From contig NC_087247.1 of NCBI RefSeq assembly GCF_037042905.1, forward strand, positions 48,484,001-48,548,000: DNA of 64,000 bases, in the 5' to 3' direction. Position 1 is the first letter of the stretch. Each line of letters opens with the position of its first letter. The position numbers and the translations under genes were made by a program. The stretch comes from Lytechinus pictus. Taxonomy: Eukaryota. Shown one piece after another: positions 1 through 10,827 of this stretch. The notes beneath the pieces are model-generated. The model ran no database searches. It was not told where the DNA came from and saw only the letters and a list, made by a program, of their open reading frames with translations.

Positions 1-44
1 CATGTTCTTCGAGGATTAGACATCAACTTGAGAATTCCACTTAC

Positions 45-3000
45 ATCCTTTGGGTGTTCTTGGACATCAGAAAGATCTCTCCTGAGTTCTTCAGGATGTT
101 TCTTGAGTTCATCCATCATTACCTCACCTACAATCATTTTGCCAATTGATGCTATTAGTCTCAAACAAAGATGTGCGCCTGGGTAGGGACTATAGGCCTC
201 TTCATTCTCTGCAAACCCTGATTCATATGAAAGAAAATGACATGTGTGATATGATAAATCAAAATGACAAAATAAAATGAAGTGGCTCGGCAGTAAAGCA
301 GCTGGTTATTAGCAAAAAGTGGCTGAGTGACCTCATGATAGGAAGATGCTCAAATTAAATACTCCTTGTTTAGACAATTGTGGTCACATTCAAGAATTAT
401 AGGTCCTTTACAACCTACATTTATATAAAAAGGTCATTTTTGATAGATTTGTTTTCAATACATATACAGTTCAGCAATGATCAGTAATACAAAATATGCT
501 CTGTATTATATCAAGTATAGACATATAGGAATATTCTTACATGATTTGTTTTGTTTACTTTTACTCCTGTACATTTTCAATTCAAATTACATAAAAAGAA
601 GAAATCCAAAAATGAGATTATGACTAATGGTTATAATCACTATTGCCCAACAAGAAAAAAGCTACACTATTTAGCAACAATACAAACATTTGTGTTAATC
701 ACACTTACAAATAAGATAAGTCAAATTGTTAGATGATGTAGATACAGCATGAATTCACTAGATTATGTCTGTTAGTATTCTAAAATAGACAATTGTACAG
801 AAATACCAGTTGAAAAATGTTGAGTTGAGCTTATTTTATAGCAATTGGATAACACCAGCAAAGCTGCACAGCAGTATATATGTTTCTATCAGCAGATTTT
901 CTGACACACACATGTACCAGTAGCTGATTATACCAATTTGATTTGGGTGTTTCTTTGTATGGTAATTCCTTGTCAATATTGGACACTTCAAGATCGCATA
1001 TGACAAAATATACTTGCATAGCAATTCATCTTAACCATGTATGATCCTTTCTTCTAAGTTTAGAACCACCCCCATGGTCAACATGAGTTTGAAACCTGAT
1101 TTATACATCAGAAAAGTAACTATAGTCAAACCTGTGTTAGCGATGTACCGCAGCCCCCTGTCTATAAAGGACACAATTTGTGTTTCCTTTGGGTTGTCAC
1201 CATAGACAGGTTTCACTGTATTTTGATATTTTTCTTCTATTTTGTAATTATATAAAATATTACACAAAAGTAATTGATTTCAACAAAATCTGGTGTAACA
1301 ATGTAGAACCCAATCAGTGCCCTTTCATAAATGTGTTTGAAGTACATTTATAAATGCCAATTATCATTATTATTTTTGTTATTATTATTTATTTATTTTT
1401 GTTTAGCAATGCTTCACACAAACATAACTCAGGGAGGGGGGGGGGGCTTGTCTTTTTAATACACACAAGCTTTATCTTTTTGATGTAATTCTCCAAATAA
1501 CTTACCCTGTGTGATAGCTGGGATTATCCATGGATTAGAAGAAGTGTAACAGATAAAGTCATACAATATTATTAAACTCATTTAAGAATGAAAGTATGGT
1601 ACCTACACATCAGAGTCAATCTGTTTAACAATGATTACATATATTGAAAAGTTCAAAATAGACACTAGACGAATAATATCTTCAAAGGTATTCCCAGAAA
1701 GAATTATACCTTTAACTGGTTTGATAACGGTCTTACCGAGTACATAATCCAATCCATGTACTTACGCTCTCATAATCCGGACATGAAAATAAGTATTGAA
1801 TAATGAAATAACCAAAACAAAATTACCACGCAAAAGATATGTATTAAAATCAAATCCCAATTCTTACAACCAGAATATATCAAGCACATGTTATACACAT
1901 TTTCTTCTTTATTTGTTGCATTTTTTTCAACATAAAATGAAAAATGTACATCATTTTATGAGGTTTAAGTCATTCCACAACCATCATCAAAGAGCTAATT
2001 ACAACCTAACAAATAAAATTGGGGAAATTTATTTTTACCTGATAAGTATGTGAGCAGTCTAGACTTAAACTCTGATCTTCCCTGCAGATGGCCTGCCATA
2101 TGATGATAAAACAATCTCAAGAACACTGCCTGACCCATCTATAATAAAGATTGATAAAATTTAAAATATTGTCAAAATATAACCACTGAATAAAAGAGTT
2201 ATTTTTTATTCATTTATAAATCAACCAGGATGTATTTTTATCAATCCTTGCTTTGATTCTGTAAAAATAAATGTTCTTGTAGCAGGGTCTACGTGAATAT
2301 ACCAATCCAGAACTTGCCAGCATACATCCATGCTCATGAATTCTACATATCACATTTTTTGACAGGAAATACGATGCAAACAATTTAAGTATGAATGATA
2401 GACCCCTAAATCTATACAGATTGACTGATTTCCAGTTGCATTTTAATATGTAACCATTTAAGCATACCTTGAGCAGTTTGATTTCTCCTATCCTAAGGAA
2501 TGGCTGATCCATGGCATCTGTTCTCAGCCAGTACAAAGTGGTCTCAGCTAGGTAGAAAAGGCTTGGTATATGGTCTACAGAAAACTCTGCTTGTCTCAAA
2601 GAAACAATCAGTGCATCGAGGCATTCTATAATAAAAAATATAATTCATTATAATTCAATATTTATTGTGCAGGACAGGTATAGTTTTGACAAATACTTTC
2701 TCAAAATAAATAAAATTCAGCTCATCTATCCCATATAACATGTATATTTTCTTGTACCTTATTGACATCAAATTTCATAAGATAAAATTGTAACAAGTGG
2801 AGCGCCTCTGGCAGTCTCACCTGCATCACGCGATTCAATATAGCAGCAGTGCTGACTTTGAAAACCACTATAGAATAATTATTCACAAATAACACCATTC
2901 ATATAAGATACAAACTAGGTTCATTGACAATAAATGACATTTGACCTTGATCATGCAACCTAAGACTTGTCAGTGATACTTGATTACCCCTATATCCACA

Positions 3001-6000
3001 TTTTATAAACTATATCTATAGACTTTGAAAGTTATGACAGCAATCTAATAATTACCTCCAAAATGGCTAAAGTCCATTGACCTTTGACCTTGGTAATGTG
3101 ACATGAAACTCGCACAGGATGTTCAGTGATACTTGATTACACTTATGTCCAAGTTTCATGAATCAGATCCATAAACTTCAAAGTTATGATGGTAATTCAA
3201 CAGATACCCCCAACATGACCAAAGTTCATTGACCTTTGACCTCGGTCATGTGACCTGAAATTTGCACAGGATGTTCAGTGATACTTGATTACTCTTATGT
3301 CCAAGTTTCATGAATTAGACCAATAAACAATCAAAGTTATGATGGTAATTCAACAAATACCCCCAACTTGACCAAAGTTCATTGACCTTGATCATGTGAC
3401 CTGAAACTCGCACAGGATGTCCAAGTTTCATGAACTAGGTCCATATATTTTCGAAGTTATGATGACATTTCAAAAACTTAAATCTTAGCTTAAGATTTTG
3501 ATGTTGATTCCCCCAACATGGTCTAAGTTGATTGACCCTAAATGACCTTTGACCTTGGTCATGTAACCTGAAACTCACGCAGGATGTTTATTAATACTTG
3601 ATTGACCTTATGGGCAAGTTTCATGAACTAGGTTCATACACTTTCTGAGTTATGCTGTCATTTCAAAAACTTAACCTTTGGTTAAGATGTTGACGCCGCC
3701 GCCTTCGGAAAAGCGGCGCCTATACTAGTCTCTGCTATGCAGGTGAGACAAAAAGGCTAAAAGAAGGTAACTTTTTTCATTGTTCCATCACAACAGACAT
3801 TATTGAAATGTTTTTTTTTTTAAAGGAAAATGGTGAAAAAAAATAGGAGAAAAGAGGGTAAAAAGGGGAAAAAAACTTACCCTCCTGCACCTTCCCTCTG
3901 CACTGTGCCAACATGGACAGCTCTGACCATGCCCTTGGGATGTCAACATGACTTCCTCTTCCACCATCTTTCAGACCGGCTCTTCTCTGATAGCACACAA
4001 GACAAACACATGCTGATTTCAATATCACTTTTACTATATAATATAACACCTGAAAATCAGCCAGAAAGTCTATTTACACATGTGGATGTGGTAAGTAAAA
4101 TCATTACAGTAGTAAAAGAATAATAGTCACTTTGACAATATGAGTAAAGTACATATACAGTCACCACTTTTTTGCTGTCTCATATAAATGTAATAAATAA
4201 TTTGGATAATTGAATTGGACAACATATGAAAAAAGTGATCTATCCATGACAGCAATTTTCAAATTCAAATCATATCACCTGTACTAAAATAAAGTTTAAT
4301 ATATTACAAGTGAAAAACAAAATAAACAAAACCAGCCCCAAATATGATATCTGAAAAATATACATTACCTTTATTCTTGTGAGTAATTTAAGAGCAATGT
4401 CTTCATTTTTGTCTTTTTCTTCAAGGTTTGATGTGTTATTAAACTGTTGGATGAATGATTCTGTAAGCTCTAATGGATTTCTAGACAAAAAATAACATCA
4501 AAATAAAAGAAAAAAATCAATAATAAATATTAAACAAGTAGAAAGCCACTGGCAGTCACGCCTGCATTACACATGTACTAGAAGTGCTGACTTGAAACAA
4601 ATATGATAAATAATTATTTATTATTCACAAAAACAATGTTCATATGATAATAAAATACATGTACTAGGTTCATTGAACCTATGTGACCTAAGACTCGTGC
4701 AAGACAGTCAATGACACCTGGTGGGTGTTTCATGAAAGTTGTCAACACTGACTAAATTGTCAGTGCTGACTATTTTAGTGAAATCCTTGTAGGGACAGTG
4801 ATTTTCTGTTTTACCGGTAAACAAGTGAAACGCCTCTGGTAGTCTTGCCTGCATTACGCAATGCAATATAGCAGCAGTGCTTCTTTTGAAAATAGCTAAT
4901 TCACAGAAGAAACACTAATATGATAATAAAATATTATGCCCAATGACCCAAAATGACCTTTGACCATGATCATGTGACCTAAGACATGTGCAAAACAATC
5001 ATTCATACTTGATTATCCTTATGTCGATGTTTCATGAGCTAGATCCATAAACTTCCTTCGTTATGATGCCAATTCAACACATACTCCCAACACGGCCAGA
5101 GTTCACTGACCTTTAAATGACCTTTGATCTTGGCCATGTTCCTGAAATGCATACAGGGTATTCAGGGATAAACTGCTGCTCTTATGTCCAAGTTTCATGA
5201 ACAAGATCCATAGACTTTTAAATTTATGATGACAATTCCTCAAATAACCCCAACATGGCCAAAGTTTGTTGACCCTAAGTGACCTTTGACCTTGGTCATG
5301 TGACCTGAAACTCACACATGATATTTAGAGATACATGGTTGCTCTTATGTCCAAGTTTCATGAACTAGATCCATAAAATTTCCAAGTTAGGATGGTAATT
5401 TAACCAATACCCCCAACACGGCCAAAGTTCATTGACCATAAGTGACCTTTGACCTTGGTCATGTGACCTGAAACTCGCACATGATATTCAATGATACATG
5501 GTTGCTCTTATGTCCAAGTTTCATGAACTAGATCTATATACTTTCGAAGTTATGACAACATTTCAAAAACTTAACCTTGGTTAAGATTTCGATATTGATT
5601 ACCCCAACATGGTCTAAGTTCATTGACCCTAAATGACCTTTGACCTTGATTATGTGACCTGAAAGTCAGACAGGATGTTTAGTAATACTTGATTACCCTT
5701 ATGTCTAAGTTTCATGAACTAGGTTCATATACTTTCTAAGTTATGATGACATTTCAAAAACTTAACCTTGGTCAATGTTTCAATGTTGACGACGCCGCCG
5801 CTGTCGGAAAAGCGGCGCCTCTAGTCTCGCTCTGCTATGCAGGCGAGACAATAAAACGGAAATTCCGTTTGGTTCTTATACTTTTTAATGTTAAAATTCA
5901 TGGAATTCCCCTTTGCAAAACAGAATTCAGGTTTTTGCAGTGTACACTTTCAGTGACAAAACGGAATATCCATTTTTAGATCAAGTTGAAACTAAATTAC

Positions 6001-6832
6001 AGATTTTGAGAAACGGAAATTACCATTTTTTAAAACGGAAAATCACTGTCTCTATCCTTGCATTTGATTGGCTGAGAAGCACTGGCCACTGACTGTTACT
6101 ATGGTAACTGTCAGAGAAAGACAATTTATTTGTGCTGACAACGTTCATGAAACAGTCCCCTGATAACTCTTTGTTCAAGTTTTATGAAATAGATCCATAA
6201 AAGTTATGATGTTATTTCAACAAACACCCTAACATGGTGAAAGTTCATTGACTGTTATAATGTAACCTGAAACACATGCAAGACGATCAGCACAAAACTA
6301 GTGGAACCTAAAATAAAAGCAAATCTTGTATTTCTTACATGTAGGTCCCTAAGAAATGAATGGAATAATGATAATGTTACTGTTTTTCATGAATTGAACA
6401 ACAGAATTAGCCCAAACTTGTCAAGGCTGACTACAGAATTAAACAAGTTTCATGAACTAGATCCATATATTGTTAGAGTTATGATGACATTTCAAAAACT
6501 TAACCTTGATTAGGATTTTGATGCCGTTTCCCCAAAGATTGGCTAAGTTCACTGACCCTATGTACACGTATTTGACCAAATGACTATCCCCAACTTTTTA
6601 AAATATTGGGATCCTTCGTATAAAAATTCACAAAGAAAACAATCTGAACTGTAAATTTATGCTTTTCCAGACCCAATGTTTTTGCTTCAATTTACCTTGT
6701 TGTCTGTGGAATATGAGAAGTTTTAGAGACTTGGTAGACACTCTGTTGTAGCAATCGTTCTTGCAGTTCATCTCTTTGACTCTGGGAAATGATGCCAAAT
6801 TTGTGAATTATAGGAATCTTTGTGATAGGCAT
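45..6832 (-). CDS. TMEM232: Transmembrane protein 232 orthologue, 5' portion; gene continues beyond the window start
   Basis: Phase-consistent GT-AG exons: 6832-6696 (MPITKIPIIHKFGIISQSQRDELQERLL...), 4480-4369 (NPLELTESFIQQFNNTSNLEEKDKNEDIALKLLTRIK), 3986-3881 (RRAGLKDGGRGSHVDIPRAWSELSMLAQCRGKVQE), 2625-2468 (CLDALIVSLRQAEFSVDHIPSLFYLAETTLYWLRTDAMDQPFLRIGEIKLLK), 2138-2039 (MGQAVFLRLFYHHMAGHLQG...), 217-45 (FAENEEAYSPYPGAHLCLRLI...; the donor at 44 is tentative). The motifs match vertebrate TMEM232 as recalled ([43 protein letters not shown]..HGHL). Confidence 0.88.
1123..1218. mobile_element. Small Tc1/mariner(pogo)-type MITE
   Basis: Inverted ends TAGTCAAACCTGT...ACAGGTTTCACTG, flanked by TA on both sides. 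Confidence 0.6.
2792..3752 (+). mobile_element. Non-autonomous Helentron/HINE (DINE-1/pearl-like) element with internal tandem repeats
   Basis: Starts AACAAG. Subterminal inverted repeat GTCTCACCTGCAT / ATGCAGGTGAGAC. Internal tandem units GACCTTTGACCTTGGTCATGTGACCTGAAA...TCCAAGTTTCATGAA. The same family occurs at 4533, 4820 and 15695. The superfamily is inferred from architecture. Confidence 0.65.
4790..6054. mobile_element. TIR MITE (nest layer 3)
   Basis: TIRs TAGGGACAGTGATTTTCTGTTTT / AAAACGGAAAATCACTGTCTCTA. Target duplication TCCTTG at 4784-4789 and 6055-6060. Confidence 0.7.
4820..5852 (+). mobile_element. Complete HINE-like copy (innermost layer)
   Basis: AACAAG start, subTIR GTCTTGCCTGCAT / ATGCAGGCGAGAC, 3' hairpin GTCTCGC...GCGAGAC and internal tandem repeats, as in the 2792 copy. 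Confidence 0.7.
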
Positions 6833-7263
6833 CTTTGATTATCCAGATCATTTCTGTATGAGTAAATACAAAACAACAGAAAAAAATAAATTAGAGTGGT
6901 AGACTAAGATGGAATGAGAACAGGAGTGCATTGTAAATGCAATTGATGTGTGTAGTGCGGATGTATGCCGCAGATTCTTCTGTTGCAGTAGGCCTATGCT
7001 ACCGGCTATTGGTATGACCAAGAAAACAAAAGTCGATCTTGGCATCTAGCCTAACTTAATCTCTAAATAAGTTAGATATAGATCTATTTTACTGACTTAA
7101 CAAACTGATGTCATAGGGAATTGCACACACTTGATGATTTCATGGAATAAAGCCATATTTGGTAATGGTATAGTTAGATCTAGATCTACATCCAACTTTT
7201 CATTGACCTTGATATTTTTTTATTTGTTACTGACATTAAAATAGACAATATTATATCCCTTAC

Positions 7264-7362
7264 TTAAGATTGTTTTATTGAGAGTGTACACAAGGAGAAA
7301 AAGAATAGTTTTACTACAAAAAACGTTTGCCATGAAATTGTTCATTTTCCTTGCTGACGTCA
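7264..7362 (-). promoter_or_regulatory. Candidate TMEM232 5'-UTR exon/promoter with a full CRE palindrome
   Basis: TGACGTCA at 7355-7362 at the edge of a CpG-richer patch. Donor-like AA|GTAAGG at 7264/7263 on the - strand. A clear acceptor precedes the ATG exon at 6853. Confidence 0.35.
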
Positions 7363-9125
7363 CGCATAGTCTATTTTTTCCCTTGGGAAAAAGTGAGATA
7401 CGTTTTTTTGACCCCCCTACATCGCGATTCGCAAGCTGTGCGGCGCGATGCAAGCAGAGCACTGCTCAGCCAAATGGTACTCTCCACTGCATGCCACAGG
7501 AAACTTTCGGATAGCTGCACTAACCAGGTGCGCTCGCTGAACAGACGATCCATACGGCAAGACTTTGTAGTGACACTTCCTTAGGTTTTAATTAAAAAGC
7601 TAATCAACATTTTGCATGCCCTATTTGATTTTGAGTTGGCTTCAAGTGAACTTCCACATCTCGGTTATTTTTCTAAAGAAGGAATTTGTAAAGCTTGATG
7701 TCAATTTTTATGTAATGTGTTATTCGGCAAGACTTCCATATGACCCCTCCACTAAAATTGAAAAAAAAAGGAGGTTTATCAAGGATTATCTAATATATAT
7801 CTAAAAGATTTAGGAAGGAAAAGTTGGATACATACCAAAATATTGCTTTATTCCGTCAAAATCTCAAGTGTGTGTAATTCCCAATGGCATCGGTTTATTT
7901 AGTCAGAAAAATAAATACCCAATACCTTGGAGAGTAGATACTAGTAGTCGTAATAATATAGTCATAATAATTACTTATAATCACGTATACTAAAATTTAG
8001 TATGTGATTATAAATAATTATTATTAAAATAATTATTTATAATCACGTATTAAATTTTAGTATTTGTTAAATAATGATTTTTATCTATAAATTGTTTTTC
8101 AAAACGGCATTTTGTAAAATCGCTAATTGTAGCTGCCTACGTCATAACGAAGCGGTTCAAGGGTCAGACCTATATTGTATTTGCTTTGTTGACAAACAGA
8201 TCGAGGGATCTACACGAGATCGGTCTGGTAAGAAACCTTCAATTTTTCACCTTTTCACTAACCAATTTTGGAAACCTATATGCATTAGGCGTATGAAGGT
8301 GTAAAAATAAATCACCACCATTATTACGTGACTTTTAATTATCTTAAAACTGGATCTTTTACTTTTTTAGATCTTTTTGTTTATCTTTGTTTTGGTGAGT
8401 CTCTTATACATATATGGCAGGCAGTTCAAGGCTCCATGATGAAGAAGTATATGTCAAAATATAAAAAAAAATCATCATGGAGTCCTCAAGGCTAGCACAA
8501 ACATCACTTGAGTCTTGAGGTAACTGGAAGTATAGTCACGTATTGTATTACCGGACACTATTATGATTCCGGACGCGCATATTACTGCGTTCGAAAACAA
8601 TTTCGTACGGTAAGACTTCCGCAATTCAATTTCACAGAGCAATACATAGAACAGGATTGCAAAAACAAGGCGAAAAAAATCCAACTTTTAAATTATTTAT
8701 CTCTAAAATGACAGAAAATGCTTAAAATATCAAATAACATAGTTTTGCATTAACAATTGATATATTTTCTAACGGAAATATGGGTCTGATCTGCCGAATT
8801 TCAATCTCGTCCGCTCCTTTGATCGAATGATGAGGTGTGGTGTATTGTGGGTGATCGTCGACGGCTAGTTCTCAAGGTACCCGTGCGCGAGGTTTACCGT
8901 GAGTATAGAGCCGTAGACGATCGGCAGCGCATCGATAGAACTTGATGAGCGTCACGATACGAACGAGCATAATATTGGAAAGTTCCATGAAACATGCAGC
9001 TAACAAGAAAAAATAAAATAAGTTATCAAACACGAATTTATTACCAACATCTGCTCAGAATCAATATAAGAACAGCAAACAAAAACTTAGAATTTACTCA
9101 TGATATGATATAAGAAGAAAAAATC

Positions 9126-10827
9126 GGCATAATTGTACTTGATGCCCCCAGGGGACATCAACTTTTTACCTTGATTCGTGGATCCTCGACCCGACCCTGT
9201 TTATCATCGGCGAGTTGATATCCATCCGCGCGTGGTTCGGTTGATCGCGCAACAAATAAAGTAATTGGGGGCATCAAGTGCAAGTAATATAAGAGAGACG
9301 AGCTTTAGCTCTCAAGGTTACATTAGCTATCAAGGTTAATTTTGCCAACAAGGTTAATTTTGGCTACAAGGTTAATTTTGTTGAAATTTTTGGGGGCATC
9401 AAGTACAAGTAATATAAGAGAGACGAGCTTTAGCTCTCAAGGTTACATTAGCTATCAAGGTTAATTTTGCCAACAAGGTTAATTTTGGCTACAAGGTTAA
9501 TTTTGTTGAAATTTTGGGGGGCATCAAGTACAAGTAATATAAGAGAGACGAGCTTTAGCTCTCAAGGTTACATTAGCTATCAAGGTTAATTTTGCCAACA
9601 AGGTTAATTTTGGCTACAAGGTTAATTTTGTTGAAATTTTTGGGGGCATCAAGTGCAAGTAATATAAGAGAGACGAGCTATAGCTCTCAAGGTTACATTA
9701 GCTATCAAGGTTAATTTTGCCAACAAGGTTAATTTTGGCTACAAGGTTAATTTTGTTGAAATTTTGGGGGGCATCAAGTGCAAGTAATATAAGAGAGACG
9801 AGCTTTAGCTCTCAAGGTTACATTAGCTATCAAGGTTAATTTTGCCAACATGGTTAATTTTGGCTACAAGGTTAATTTTGTTGAAATTTTTGGGGGCATC
9901 AAGTGCAAGTAATATAAGAGAGACGAGCTATAGCTCTCAAGGTTACATTAGCTATCAAGGTTAATTTTGCCAACAAGGTTAATTTTGGCTACAAGGTTAA
10001 TTTTGTTGAAATTTTTGGGGGGCATCAAGTACAAGTAATATAAGAGAGACGAGCTTTAGCTCTCAAGGTTACATTAGCTATCAAGGTTAATTTTGCCAAC
10101 AAGGTTAGTTTTGGCTACAAGGTTAATTTTGTTGAAATTTTTGGGGGCATCAAGTGCAAGTAATATAAGAGAGACGAGCTATATAGCTCTCAAGGTTACA
10201 TTAGCTATCAAGGTTAATTTTGCCAACAAGGTTAATTTTGGCTACAAGGTTAATTTTGTTGAAATTTTTGGGGGCATTAAGTACAAGTAATAATAGAGAG
10301 ATTATTCTCTAGCTATCAAGGTTAATTTAGCCAACAAGGTTAATTCGTTTCGACGATGTTATGAAGGCTTGCGCGGCTAGAAAATAGAAAAAGAGGGGAA
10401 AGTGGGGTTAGTAGAATGTAAACTTCTGAATAAACGTGCTGAATAACTGGAAAATTTGGGGGCATCAAGTACAAGTAATAATAGAGAGTTTATTCTCTAG
10501 CTATCATCAAGGTTAATTTCGTCAACACTTCTAGGATTACTTGCCGGATCACTGCTTTCATCAATTTTGGGGGCATCAAGTGCAAGTAATATAAGAGGAT
10601 AGATGAGGAGGCAAGGATGCGCGCTCATCTAGATGCACCTGTTTGCGCATTTGTACTCGCATCTCATATGGGGTGCGCTAGCGCAAACCGGAACTACTTT
10701 CTATTTTTTTTTATAGTGAGAGAAAAGAAATGTTTACATTTTGGTAACGAAGAATCATCGGGAAATCAAGGAGTACCAAAAGGTAAAAACGTTGATGTCC
10801 CCTGGGGGCATCAAGTACAATTATGCC
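9126..10827. mobile_element. Non-autonomous DNA transposon with GG...CC TIRs and 8-bp TSD (Merlin/IS1016-like by termini)
   Basis: TIR GGCATAATTGTACTTGATGCCCCCAGGGGACATCAAC and its exact reverse complement ending at 10827. TSD AAAAAATC at 9118-9125 and 10828-10835. Confidence 0.75.
9267..10345 (+). repeat. 125-bp tandem satellite, about 8.5 units, with CAAGGTTAATTTTG sub-repeats
   Basis: The unit motif GGGGCATCAAG recurs at ~9270, 9395, 9520, 9645, 9770, 9895, 10021, 10146 and 10273. Degenerate copies lie near 10460 and 10570. Confidence 0.95.

Larger units (their letters stand above)
4721..6159. mobile_element. PIF/Harbinger-like MITE (nest layer 2)
   Basis: TIRs GTGGGTGTTTCATGAAAGTTGTCAACAC / GTGCTGACAACGTTCATGAAACAGTCCC, flanked by CTG at 4718-4720 and 6160-6162. 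Confidence 0.65.
4533..6560 (+). mobile_element. Older HINE-like copy, outermost layer of a nested insertion
   Basis: The family 5' end at 4533 runs to 4720, and the family sequence resumes collinearly at 6163. Confidence 0.6.

Noticed and set aside
6848-7045. 65-aa ORF upstream of TMEM232 as a possible first coding exon
   Set aside because: It ends in a stop just inside the ATG exon and spans the intronic polypyrimidine tract; homology starts at the ATG at 6832.
9267-10345. Regular repeat array resembling CRISPR
   Set aside because: Units are fully repeated with no unique spacers, there are no cas genes, and the context is a eukaryotic TIR element.
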